Notes under the pieces: model-generated
Databases searched by the model: none
Seen by the model: only the letters and a program-made list of their open reading frames with translations
Told to the model about the DNA's origin: nothing
Source: Eledone cirrhosa
Lineage: Eukaryota
NCBI GenBank assembly: GCA_964016885.1
Contig: OZ024764.1
Span: 19,468,001-19,532,000, forward strand
Direction of reading: 5' to 3'
Length of the DNA: 64,000 nt
Shown here: piece after piece, positions 1 through 15,000 of the stretch
How positions within the stretch are numbered: position 1 is the stretch's first letter
Layout: every line of letters starts with the position of its first letter
Made by a program: the position numbers and the translations under genes

Positions 1-3000
1 TTAGTGACATTAGATTAAACTGACTGATAAAAGTAGTTATTAGTGACATTAGAGTATACTGACTGATAAAAGTAGTTATTAGTGACATTAGATTAAACTG
101 ACTGATAAAAGTAGTTATTAGTGACATTAGATTAAACTGACTGATAAAAGTAGTTATTAGTGACATTAGATTATACTGACTGATAAAAGTAGTTATTAGT
201 GACATTAGATTAAACTGACTGATAAAAGTAGTTATTAGTGGCAGTAGATTAAACTGACTGATAAAAGTAGTTATTAGTGGCAGTAGATTAAACTGAATGA
301 TAAAAGTAGTTATTAGTGACAGTAGATTAAACTGACTGATAAAAGTAGTTATTAGTGGCAGTAGATTATACTGACTGATAAAAGTAGTTATTAGTGACAT
401 TAGATTAAACTGACTGATAAAAGTAGTTATTAGTGACATTAGATTATACTGACTGATAAAAGTAGTTATTAGTGACATTAGATTATACTGACTGATAAAA
501 GTAGTTATTAGTGACATTAGATTAAACTGACTGATAAAAGTAGTTATTAGTGACATTAGATTAAAATGACTGATAAAAGTAGTTATTAGTGATATTAGAT
601 TAAACTGACTAATAAAAGTAGTTATTAGTGACATTACATTACACTGACTGATAAAAGTAGTTATTAGTGGCAGTAGATTAAACTGACTGATAAAAGTAGT
701 TATTAGTGGCATTAGATTATACTGACTGATAAAAGTAGTTATTAGTGACATTAGATTAAACTGACTGATAAAAGTAGTTATTAGTGACATTAGATTAAAC
801 TGACAGATAAAAGTAGTTATTAGTGGCAGTAGATTAAACTGACTGATAAAAGTAGTTATTAGTGACATTAGATTAAACTGACTGATAAAAGTAGTTATTA
901 GTGACATTAGATTAAACTGACTGATAAAAGTAGTTATTAGGGACATTAGATTAAACTAACTGATAAAAGTAGTTATTAGTGACATTAGATTAAACTGACT
1001 GATAAAAGTAGTTATTAGTGACATTAGATTAAACTGACTGATAAAAGTAGTTATTAGTGACATTAGATTAAACTGACTGATAAAAGTAGTTATTAGTGGC
1101 AGTAGATTAAACTGACTGATAAAAGTAGTTATTAGTGACATTAGATTATACTGACTGATAAAAGTAGTTATTAGTGACATTAGATTAAACTGACTGATAA
1201 AAGTAGTTATTAGTGACATTAGATTAAACTGACTGATAAAAGTAGTTATTAGTGACATTAGATTATACTGACTGATAAAAGTAGTTATTAGTGAAATTAG
1301 ATTAAACTGACTGATAAAAGTAGTTATTAGTGACATTAGATTATACTGACTGATAAAAGTAGTTATTAGTGACATTAGATTAAACTGACTGATAAAAGTA
1401 GTTATTAGTGAGATTAGATTAAACTGACTGATAAAAGTAGTTATTAGTGAGATTAGATTAAACTGACTGATAAAAGTAGTTATTAGTGACATTAGATTAA
1501 ACTGACTGATAAAAGTAGTTATTAGTGACATTAGATTATACTGACTGATAAAAGTAGTTATTAGTGACATTAGATTATACTGACTGATAAAAGTAGTTAT
1601 TAGTGACATTAGATTATACTGACTGATAAAAGTAGTTATTAGTGACATTAGATTATACTGACAGATAAAAGTAGTTATTAGTGAGATTAGATTAAACTGA
1701 CTGATAAAAGTAGTTATTAGTGACATTAGATTATACTGACTGATAAAAGTAGTTATTAGTGACATTAGATTATACTGACTGATAAAAGTAGTTATTAGTG
1801 ACATTAGATTAAACTGACTGATAAAAGTAGTTATTAGTGGCAGTAGATTAAACTGACTGATAAAAGTAGTTATTAGTGACATTAGATTATACTGACTGAT
1901 AAAAGTAGTTATTAGTGACATTAGATTAAACTGACTGATAAAAGTAGTTATTAGTGACATTAGATTAAACTGACTGATAAAAGTAGTTATTAGTGACATT
2001 AGATTATACTGACTGATAAAAGTAGTTATTAGTGACATTAGATTAAACTGACTGATAAAAGTAGTTATTAGTGAGATTAGATTAAACTGACTGATAAAAG
2101 TAGTTATTAGTGAGATTAGATTAAACTGACTGATAAAAGTAGTTATTAGTGACATTAGATTAAACTGACTGATAAAAGTAGTTATTAGTGACATTAGATT
2201 ATACTGACTGATAAAAGTAGTTATTAGTGACATTAGATTATACTGACTGATAAAAGTAGTTATTAGTGACATTAGATTATACTGACTGATAAAAGTAGTT
2301 ATTAGTGACATTAGATTATACTGACAGATAAAAGTAGTTATTAGTGAGATTAGATTAAACTGACTGATAAAAGTAGTTATTAGTGACATTAGATTATACT
2401 GACTGATAAAAGTAGTTATTAGTGACATTAGATTATACTGACTGATAAAAGTAGTTATTAGTGACATTAGATTATACTGACTGATAAAAGTAGTTATTAG
2501 TGACATTAGATTATACTGACAGATAAAAGTAGTTATTAGTGAGATTAGATTAAACTGACTGATAAAAGTAGTTATTAGTGGCAGTAGATTATACTGACAG
2601 ATAAAAGTAGTTATTAGTGACATTAGATTATAGTGCAAGATAAAAGTAGTTATTAGTGACATTAGATTATACTGACTGATAAAAGTAGTTATTAGTGACA
2701 TTAGATTATACTGACTGATAAAAGTAGTTATTAGTGACATTAGATTATACTGACTGATAAAAGTAGTTATTAGTGACATTAGATTATACTGACTGATAAA
2801 AGTAGTTATTAGTGACATTAGATTATACTGACTGATAAAAGTAGTTATTAGTGACATTAGATTATACTGACTGATAAAAGTAGTTATTAGTGACATTAGA
2901 TTATACTGACAGATAAAAGTAGTTATTAGTGAGATTAGATTAAACTGACTGATAAAAGTAGTTATTAGTGGCAGTAGATTATACTGACAGATAAAAGTAG

Positions 3001-6000
3001 TTATTAGTGACATTAGATTATACTGACTGATAAAAGTAGTTATTAGTGAGATTAGATTAAACTGACTGATAAAAGTAGTTATTAGTGACATTAGATTAAA
3101 CTGACTGATAAAAGTAGTTACTAGTGACATTAGATTATACTGACAGATAAAAGTAGTTACTAGTGAGATTAGATTAAACTGACTGATAAAAGTAGTTATT
3201 AGTGAGATTAGATTAAACTGACTGATAAAAGTAGTTATTAGTGACATTAGATTAAACTGACTGATAAAAGTAGTTATTAGTGACATTAGATTATACTGAC
3301 TGATAAAAGTAGTTATTAGTGACATTAGATTATACTGACTGATAAAAGTAGTTATTAGTGACATTAGATTATACTGACAGATAAAAGTAGTTATTAGTGA
3401 GATTAGATTAAACTGACTGATAAAAGTAGTTATTAGTGACATTAGATTATACTGACAGATAAAAGTAGTTATTAGTGACATTAGATTAAACTGACTGATA
3501 AAAGTAGTTATTAGTGACATTAGATTATACTGACTGATAAAAGTAGTTATTAGTGACATTAGATTATACTGACAGATAAAAGTAGTTATTAGTGAGATTA
3601 GATTAAACTGACTGATAAAAGTAGTTATTAGTGACATTAGATTATACTGACTGAGAAAAGTAGTTATTAGTGACATTAGATTATACTGACTGATAAAAGT
3701 AGCTATTAGTGACATTAGATTAAACTGACTGATAAAAGTAGTTATTAGTGAGATTAGATTAAACTGACAGATAAAAGTAGTTATTAGTGACATTAGATTA
3801 TACTGACAGATAAAAGTAGTTATTAGTGAGATTAGATTAAACTGACAGATAAAAGTAGTTATTAGTGACATTAGATTATACTGACTGATAAAAGTAGTTA
3901 TTAGTGACATTAGATTATACTGACTGATAAAAGTAGTTATTAGTGACATCAGATTATACTGACAGATAAAAGTAGTTATTAGTGACATTAGATTATACTG
4001 ACTGATAAAAGTAGTTATTAGTGAGATTAGATTAAACTGACTGATAAAAGTAGTTATTAGTGAGATTAGATTAAACTGACTGATAAAAGTAGTTATTAGT
4101 GACATTAGATTAAACTGACTGATAAAAGTAGTTATTAGTGACATCAGATTATACTGACAGATAAAAGTAGTTATTAGTGAGATTAGATTAAACTGACTGA
4201 TAAAAGTAGTTATTAGTGACATTAGATTATACTGACTGATAAAAGTAGTTATTAGTGACATTAGATTATACTGACTGAGAAAAGTAGTTATTAGTGACAT
4301 TAGATTATACTGACTGATAAAAGTAGCTATTAGTGACATTAGATTAAACTGACTGATAAAAGTAGTTATTAGTGACATTAGATTAAACTGACTGATAAAA
4401 GTAGTTATTAGTGAGATAAGATTAAACTGACTGATAAAAGTAGTTATTAGTAACATTAGATTATACTGACTGATAAAAGTAGTTATTAGTGACATTAGAT
4501 TAAACTGACTGATAAAAGTAGTTATTAGTGATATTAGATTAAACTGACTGATAAAAGTAGTTATTAGTGAAATTACATTATACTGACTGATAAAAGTAGT
4601 TATTAGTGACATTAGATTAAACTGACTGATAAAAGTAGTTATTAGTGACATTAGATTAAACTGACTGATAAAAGTAGTTATTAGTGAGATTAGATTAAAC
4701 TGACTGATAAAAGTAGTTATTAGTGACATTAGATTATACTGACTGATAAAAGTAGTTATTAGTGACATTAGATTATACTGACTGATAAAAGTAGTTATTA
4801 GTGACATTAGATTATACTGACTGATAAAAGTAGCTATTAGTGACATTAGATTAAACTGACTGATAAAAGTAGTTATTAGTGACATTAGATTAAACTGACT
4901 GATAAAAGCAGTTATTAGTGAGATTAGATTAAACTGACTGATAAAAGTAGTTATTAGTGACATTAGATTATACTGACTGATAAAAGTAGTTATTAGTGAC
5001 ATTAGATTATACTGACTGATAAAAGTAGTTATTAGTGACATTAGATTAAACTGACTGATAAAAGTAGTTATTAGTGACATTAGATTAAACTGACTGATAA
5101 AAGTAGTTATTAGTGACATTAGATTAAACTGACTGATAAGAGTAGTTATTAGTGACATTAGATTATACTGACTGATAAAAGTAGTTATTAGTGACATTAG
5201 ATTAAACTGACTGATAAAAGTAGTTATTAGTGACATTAGAGTATACTGACTGATAAAAGTAGTTATTAGTGACATTAGATTAAACTGACTGATAAAAGTA
5301 GTTATTAGTGACATTAGATTAAACTGACTGATAAAAGTAGTTATTAGTGACATTAGATTATACTGACTGATAAAAGTAGTTATTAGTGACATTAGATTAA
5401 ACTGACTGATAAAAGTAGTTATTAGTGGCAGTAGATTAAACTGACTGATAAAAGTAGTTATTAGTGGCAGTAGATTAAACTGAATGATAAAAGTAGTTAT
5501 TAGTGACAGTAGATTAAACTGACTGATAAAAGTAGTTATTAGTGGCAGTAGATTATACTGACTGATAAAAGTAGTTATTAGTGACATTAGATTAAACTGA
5601 CTGATAAAAGTAGTTATTAGTGACATTAGATTATACTGACTGATAAAAGTAGTTATTAGTGACATTAGATTATACTGACTGATAAAAGTAGTTATTAGTG
5701 ACATTAGATTAAACTGACTGATAAAAGTAGTTATTAGTGACATTAGATTAAAATGACTGATAAAAGTAGTTATTAGTGATATTAGATTAAACTGACTAAT
5801 AAAAGTAGTTATTAGTGACATTACATTAAACTGACTGATAAAAGTAGTTATTAGTGGCAGTAGATTAAACTGACTGATAAAAGTAGTTATTAGTGAGATT
5901 AGATTAAACTGACTGATAAAAGTAGTTATTAGTGAGATTAGATTAAACTGACTGATAAAAGTAGTTATTAGTGACATTAGATTAAACTGACTGATAAAAG

Positions 6001-9000
6001 TAGTTATTAGTGACATCAGATTATACTGACAGATAAAAGTAGTTATTAGTGAGATTAGATTAAACTGACTGATAAAAGTAGTTATTAGTGACATTAGATT
6101 ATACTGACTGATAAAAGTAGTTATTAGTGACATTAGATTATACTGACTGAGAAAAGTAGTTATTAGTGACATTAGATTATACTGACTGATAAAAGTAGCT
6201 ATTAGTGACATTAGATTAAACTGACTGATAAAAGTAGTTATTAGTGACATTAGATTAAACTGACTGATAAAAGTAGTTATTAGTGAGATAAGATTAAACT
6301 GACTGATAAAAGTAGTTATTAGTAACATTAGATTATACTGACTGATAAAAGTAGTTATTAGTGACATTAGATTAAACTGACTGATAAAAGTAGTTATTAG
6401 TGATATTAGATTAAACTGACTGATAAAAGTAGTTATTAGTGAAATTACATTATACTGACTGATAAAAGTAGTTATTAGTGACATTAGATTAAACTGACTG
6501 ATAAAAGTAGTTATTAGTGACATTAGATTAAACTGACTGATAAAAGTAGTTATTAGTGAGATTAGATTAAACTGACTGATAAAAGTAGTTATTAGTGACA
6601 TTAGATTATACTGACTGATAAAAGTAGTTATTAGTGACATTAGATTATACTGACTGATAAAAGTAGTTATTAGTGACATTAGATTATACTGACTGATAAA
6701 AGTAGCTATTAGTGACATTAGATTAAACTGACTGATAAAAGTAGTTATTAGTGACATTAGATTAAACTGACTGATAAAAGCAGTTATTAGTGAGATTAGA
6801 TTAAACTGACTGATAAAAGTAGTTATTAGTGACATTAGATTATACTGACTGATAAAAGTAGTTATTAGTGACATTAGATTATACTGACTGATAAAAGTAG
6901 TTATTAGTGACATTAGATTAAACTGACTGATAAAAGTAGTTATTAGTGACATTAGATTAAACTGACTGATAAAAGTAGTTATTAGTGACATTAGATTAAA
7001 CTGACTGATAAGAGTAGTTATTAGTGACATTAGATTATACTGACTGATAAAAGTAGTTATTAGTGACATTAGATTAAACTGACTGATAAAAGTAGTTATT
7101 AGTGACATTAGAGTATACTGACTGATAAAAGTAGTTATTAGTGACATTAGATTAAACTGACTGATAAAAGTAGTTATTAGTGACATTAGATTAAACTGAC
7201 TGATAAAAGTAGTTATTAGTGACATTAGATTATACTGACTGATAAAAGTAGTTATTAGTGACATTAGATTAAACTGACTGATAAAAGTAGTTATTAGTGG
7301 CAGTAGATTAAACTGACTGATAAAAGTAGTTATTAGTGGCAGTAGATTAAACTGAATGATAAAAGTAGTTATTAGTGACAGTAGATTAAACTGACTGATA
7401 AAAGTAGTTATTAGTGGCAGTAGATTATACTGACTGATAAAAGTAGTTATTAGTGACATTAGATTAAACTGACTGATAAAAGTAGTTATTAGTGACATTA
7501 GATTATACTGACTGATAAAAGTAGTTATTAGTGACATTAGATTATACTGACTGATAAAAGTAGTTATTAGTGACATTAGATTAAACTGACTGATAAAAGT
7601 AGTTATTAGTGACATTAGATTAAAATGACTGATAAAAGTAGTTATTAGTGATATTAGATTAAACTGACTAATAAAAGTAGTTATTAGTGACATTACATTA
7701 AACTGACTGATAAAAGTAGTTATTAGTGGCAGTAGATTAAACTGACTGATAAAAGTAGTTATTAGTGGCATTAGATTATACTGACTGATAAAAGTAGTTA
7801 TTAGTGACATTAGATTAAACTGACTGATAAAAGTAGTTATTAGTGACATTAGATTAAACTGACAGATAAAAGTAGTTATTAGTGGCAGTAGATTAAACTG
7901 ACTGATAAAAGTAGTTATTAGTGACATTAGATTAAACTGACTGATAAAAGTAGTTATTAGTGACATTAGATTAAACTGACTGATAAAAGTAGTTATTAGG
8001 GACATTAGATTAAACTAACTGATAAAAGTAGTTATTAGTGACATTAGATTAAACTGACTGATAAAAGTAGTTATTAGTGACATTAGATTAAACTGACTGA
8101 TAAAAGTAGTTATTAGTGACATTAGATTAAACTGACTGATAAAAGTAGTTATTAGTGGCAGTAGATTAAACTGACTGATAAAAGTAGTTATTAGTGACAT
8201 TAGATTATACTGACTGATAAAAGTAGTTATTAGTGACATTAGATTAAACTGACTGATAAAAGTAGTTATTAGTGACATTAGATTAAACTGACTGATAAAA
8301 GTAGTTATTAGTGACATTAGATTATACTGACTGATAAAAGTAGTTATTAGTGAAATTAGATTAAACTGACTGATAAAAGTAGTTATTAGTGACATTAGAT
8401 TATACTGACTGATAAAAGTAGTTATTAGTGACATTAGATTAAACTGACTGATAAAAGTAGTTATTAGTGAGATTAGATTAAACTGACTGATAAAAGTAGT
8501 TATTAGTGAGATTAGATTAAACTGACTGATAAAAGTAGTTATTAGTGACATTAGATTAAACTGACTGATAAAAGTAGTTATTAGTGACATTAGATTATAC
8601 TGACTGATAAAAGTAGTTATTAGTGACATTAGATTATACTGACTGATAAAAGTAGTTATTAGTGACATTAGATTATACTGACTGATAAAAGTAGTTATTA
8701 GTGACATTAGATTATACTGACAGATAAAAGTAGTTATTAGTGAGATTAGATTAAACTGACTGATAAAAGTAGTTATTAGTGACATTAGATTATACTGACT
8801 GATAAAAGTAGTTATTAGTGACATTAGATTATACTGACTGATAAAAGTAGTTATTAGTGACATTAGATTATACTGACTGATAAAAGTAGTTATTAGTGAC
8901 ATTAGATTAAACTGACTGATAAAAGTAGTTATTAGTGGCAGTAGATTAAACTGACTGATAAAAGTAGTTATTAGTGACATTAGATTATACTGACTGATAA

Positions 9001-12000
9001 AAGTAGTTATTAGTGACATTAGATTAAACTGACTGATAAAAGTAGTTATTAGTGACATTAGATTAAACTGACTGATAAAAGTAGTTATTAGTGACATTAG
9101 ATTATACTGACTGATAAAAGTAGTTATTAGTGAAATTAGATTAAACTGACTGATAAAAGTAGTTATTAGTGACATTAGATTATACTGACTGATAAAAGTA
9201 GTTATTAGTGACATTAGATTAAACTGACTGATAAAAGTAGTTATTAGTGAGATTAGATTAAACTGACTGATAAAAGTAGTTATTAGTGAGATTAGATTAA
9301 ACTGACTGATAAAAGTAGTTATTAGTGACATTAGATTAAACTGACTGATAAAAGTAGTTATTAGTGACATTAGATTATACTGACTGATAAAAGTAGTTAT
9401 TAGTGACATTAGATTATACTGACTGATAAAAGTAGTTATTAGTGACATTAGATTATACTGACTGATAAAAGTAGTTATTAGTGACATTAGATTATACTGA
9501 CAGATAAAAGTAGTTATTAGTGAGATTAGATTAAACTGACTGATAAAAGTAGTTATTAGTGACATTAGATTATACTGACTGATAAAAGTAGTTATTAGTG
9601 ACATTAGATTATACTGACTGATAAAAGTAGTTATTAGTGACATTAGATTATACTGACTGATAAAAGTAGTTATTAGTGACATTAGATTATACTGACAGAT
9701 AAAAGTAGTTATTAGTGAGATTAGATTAAACTGACTGATAAAAGTAGTTATTAGTGGCAGTAGATTATACTGACAGATAAAAGTAGTTATTAGTGACATT
9801 AGATTATAGTGCAAGATAAAAGTAGTTATTAGTGACATTAGATTATACTGACTGATAAAAGTAGTTATTAGTGACATTAGATTATACTGACTGATAAAAG
9901 TAGTTATTAGTGACATTAGATTATACTGACTGATAAAAGTAGTTATTAGTGACATTAGATTATACTGACTGATAAAAGTAGTTATTAGTGACATTAGATT
10001 ATACTGACTGATAAAAGTAGTTATTAGTGACATTAGATTATACTGACTGATAAAAGTAGTTATTAGTGACATTAGATTATACTGACAGATAAAAGTAGTT
10101 ATTAGTGAGATTAGATTAAACTGACTGATAAAAGTAGTTATTAGTGGCAGTAGATTATACTGACAGATAAAAGTAGTTATTAGTGACATTAGATTATACT
10201 GACTGATAAAAGTAGTTATTAGTGAGATTAGATTAAACTGACTGATAAAAGTAGTTATTAGTGACATTAGATTAAACTGACTGATAAAAGTAGTTACTAG
10301 TGACATTAGATTATACTGACAGATAAAAGTAGTTACTAGTGAGATTAGATTAAACTGACTGATAAAAGTAGTTATTAGTGAGATTAGATTAAACTGACTG
10401 ATAAAAGTAGTTATTAGTGACATTAGATTAAACTGACTGATAAAAGTAGTTATTAGTGACATTAGATTATACTGACTGATAAAAGTAGTTATTAGTGACA
10501 TTAGATTATACTGACTGATAAAAGTAGTTATTAGTGACATTAGATTATACTGACAGATAAAAGTAGTTATTAGTGAGATTAGATTAAACTGACTGATAAA
10601 AGTAGTTATTAGTGACATTAGATTATACTGACAGATAAAAGTAGTTATTAGTGACATTAGATTAAACTGACTGATAAAAGTAGTTATTAGTGACATTAGA
10701 TTATACTGACTGATAAAAGTAGTTATTAGTGACATTAGATTATACTGACAGATAAAAGTAGTTATTAGTGAGATTAGATTAAACTGACTGATAAAAGTAG
10801 TTATTAGTGACATTATATTATACTGACAGATAAAAGTAGTTATTAGTGAGATTAGATTAAACTGACTGATAAAAGTAGTTATTAGTGAGATTAGATTAAA
10901 CTGACTGATAAAAGTAGTTATTAGTGACATTAGATTAAACTGACTGATAAAAGTAGTTATTAGTGACATCAGATTATACTGACAGATAAAAGTAGTTATT
11001 AGTGAGATTAGATTAAACTGACTGATAAAAGTAGTTATTAGTGACATTAGATTATACTGACTGATAAAAGTAGTTATTAGTGACATTAGATTATACTGAC
11101 TGAGAAAAGTAGTTATTAGTGACATTAGATTATACTGACTGATAAAAGTAGCTATTAGTGACATTAGATTAAACTGACTGATAAAAGTAGTTATTAGTGA
11201 CATTAGATTAAACTGACTGATAAAAGTAGTTATTAGTGAGATAAGATTAAACTGACTGATAAAAGTAGTTATTAGTAACATTAGATTATACTGACTGATA
11301 AAAGTAGTTATTAGTGACATTAGATTAAACTGACTGATAAAAGTAGTTATTAGTGATATTAGATTAAACTGACTGATAAAAGTAGTTATTAGTGAAATTA
11401 CATTATACTGACTGATAAAAGTAGTTATTAGTGACATTAGATTAAACTGACTGATAAAAGTAGTTATTAGTGACATTAGATTAAACTGACTGATAAAAGT
11501 AGTTATTAGTGAGATTAGATTAAACTGACTGATAAAAGTAGTTATTAGTGACATTAGATTATACTGACTGATAAAAGTAGTTATTAGTGACATTAGATTA
11601 TACTGACTGATAAAAGTAGTTATTAGTGACATTAGATTATACTGACTGATAAAAGTAGCTATTAGTGACATTAGATTAAACTGACTGATAAAAGTAGTTA
11701 TTAGTGACATTAGATTAAACTGACTGATAAAAGCAGTTATTAGTGAGATTAGATTAAACTGACTGATAAAAGTAGTTATTAGTAACATTAGATTATACTG
11801 ACTGATAAAAGTAGTTATTAGTGACATTAGATTAAACTGGCTGATAAAAGTAGTTATTAGTGATATTAGATTAAACTGACTGATAAAAGTAGTTATTAGT
11901 GAAATTAGATTATACTGACTGATAAAAGTAGTTATTAGTGACATTAGATTAAACTGACTGATAAAAGTAGTTATTAGTGACATTAGATTAAACTGACTGA

Positions 12001-15000
12001 TAAAAGTAGTTATTAGTGAGATTAGATTAAACTGACTGATAAAAGTAGTTATTAGTGATATTAGATTATACTGACTGATAAAAGTAGTTATAAGTGACAT
12101 TAGATTATACTGACTGATAGAAGTAGTTATTAGTGACATTAGATTATACTGACAGATAAAAGTAGTTATTAGTGAGATTAGATTAAACTGACTGATAAAA
12201 GTAGTTATTAGGGACATTAGATTATACTGACAGATAAAAGTAGTTATTAGTGAGATTAGATTAAACTGACTGATAAAAGTAGTTATTAGTGACATTAGAT
12301 TAAACTGACTGATAAAAGTAGTTATTAGTGACATTAGATTATACTGACTGATAAAAGTAGTTATTAGTAACATTAGATTATACTGACAGATAAAAGTAGT
12401 TATTAGTGACATTAGATTATACTGACTGATAAAAGTAGTTATTAGTGACATTAGATTAAACTGACTGATAAAAGTAGTTATTAGTAGCAGTAGATTAAAC
12501 TGACTGATAAAAGTAGTTATTAGTGACATTAGATTATACTGACTGATAAAAGTAGTTATTAGTGACATTAGATTATACTGACTGATAAAAGTAGTTATTA
12601 GTGACATTAGATTAAACTGACTGATAAAAGTAGTTATTAGTGACATTAGATTAAACTGACTGATAAAAGTAGTTATTAGTGGCAGTAGATTAAACTGACT
12701 GATAAAAGTAGTTATTAGTGGCAGTAGATTAAACTGACTGATAAAAGTAGTTATTAGTGACATTAGATTAAACTGACAGATAAAAGTAGTTATTAGTGGC
12801 AGTAGATTAAACTGACTGATAAAAGTAGTTAGTAGTGACATTAGATTAAACTGACTGATAAAAGTAGTTATTAGAGACATTAGATTAAACTGACTGATAA
12901 AAGTAGTTATTAGTGACATTAGATTAAACTGACTGATAAAAGTAGTTATTAGTGAGATTAGATTATACTGACTGATAAAAGTAGTTATTAGTGACATTAG
13001 ATTAAACTGACTGATAAAAGTAGTTATTAGTGACATTAGATTAAACTGACTGATAAAAGTAGTTATTAGTGGCAGTAGATTAAACTGACTGATAAAAGTA
13101 GTTATTAGTGGCAGTAGATTAAACTGACTGATAAAAGTAGTTATTAGTGGCAGTAGATTAAACTGAATGATAAAAGTAGTTATTAGTGACATTAGATTAT
13201 ACTGGATGATAAAAGTAGTTATTAGTGACATTAGATTAAACTGACTGATAAAAGTAGTTATTAGTGGCAGTAGATTAAACTGACTGATAAAAGTAGTTAT
13301 TAGTGACATTAGATTAAACTGACAGATAAAAGTAGTTATTAGTGACATTAGATTAAACTGACTGATAAAAGTAGTTATTAGTAGCAGTAGATTAAACTGA
13401 CTGATAAAAGTAGTTATTAGTGACATTAGATTATACTGACTGATAAAAGCAGTTATTAGTGACATTAGATTATACTGACTGATAAAAGTAGTTATTAGTG
13501 ACATTAGATTAAACTGACTGATAAAAGTAGTTATTAGTGACATTAGATTAAACTGACTGATAAAAGTAGTTATTAGTGGCAGTAGATTAAACTGACTGAT
13601 AAAAGTAGTTATTAGTGATATTAGATTAAACTGACAGATAAAAGTAGTTATTAGTGGCAGTAGATTAAACTGACTGATAAAAGTAGTTAGTAGTGACATT
13701 AGATTAAACTGACTGATAAAAGTAGTTATTAGAGACATTAGATTAAACTGACTGATAAAAGTAGTTATTAGTGACATTAGATTAAACTGACTGATAAAAG
13801 TAGTTATTAGTGAGATTAGATTATACTGACTGATAAAAGTAGTTATTAGTGACATTAGATTAAACTGACTGATAAAAGTAGTTATTAGTGACATTAGATT
13901 AAACTGACTGATAAAAGTAGTTATTAGTGGCAGTAGATTAAACTGACTGATAAAAGTAGTTATTAGTGGCAGTAGATTAAACTGACTGATAAAAGTAGTT
14001 ATTAGTGGCAGTAGATTAAACTGAATGATAAAAGTAGTTATTAGTGACATTAGATTATACTGGCTGATAAAAGTAGTTATTAGTGACATTAGATTAAACT
14101 GACTGATAAAAGTAGTTATCAGTGGCAGTAGATTAAACTGACTGATAAAAGTAGTTATTAGTGACATTAGATTAAACTGACAGATAAAAGTAGTTATTAG
14201 TGACATTAGATTAAACTCACTGATAAAAGTAGTTATTAGTAGCAGTAGATTAAACTGACTGATAAAAGTAGTTATTAGTGACATTAGATTATACTGACTG
14301 ATAAAAGTAGTTATTAGTGACATTAGATTATACTGACTGATAAAAGTAGTTATTAGTGACATTAGATTAAACTGACTGATAAAAGTAGTTATTAGTGACA
14401 TTAGATTAAACTGACTGATAAAAGTAGTTATTAGTGGCAGTAGATTAAACTGACTGATAAAAGTAGTTATTAGAGACATTAGATTAAACTGACTGATAAA
14501 AGTAGTTATTAGTGACATTAGATTAAACTGACTGATAAAAGTAGTTATTAGTGAGATTAGATTATACTGACTGATAAAAGTAGTTATTAGTGACATTAGA
14601 TTAAACTGACTGATAAAAGTAGTTATTAGTGACATTAGATTAAACTGACTGATAAAAGTAGTTATTTATGGCAGTAGATTAAACTGACTGATAAAAGTAG
14701 TTATTAGTGGCAGTAGATTAAACTGACTGATAAAAGTAGTTATTAGTGGCAGTAGATTAAACTGAATGATAAAAGTAGTTATTAGTGACATTAGATTATA
14801 CTGACTGATAAAAGTAGTTATTAGTGACATTAGATTATACTGACAGATAAAAGTAGTTATTAGTGAGATTAGATTAAACTGACTGATAAAAGTAGTTATT
14901 AGTGGCAGTAGATTATACTGACAGATAAAAGTAGTTATTAGTGACATTAGATTAAACTGACTGATAAAAGTAGTTATTAGTGGCAGTAGATTAAACTGAC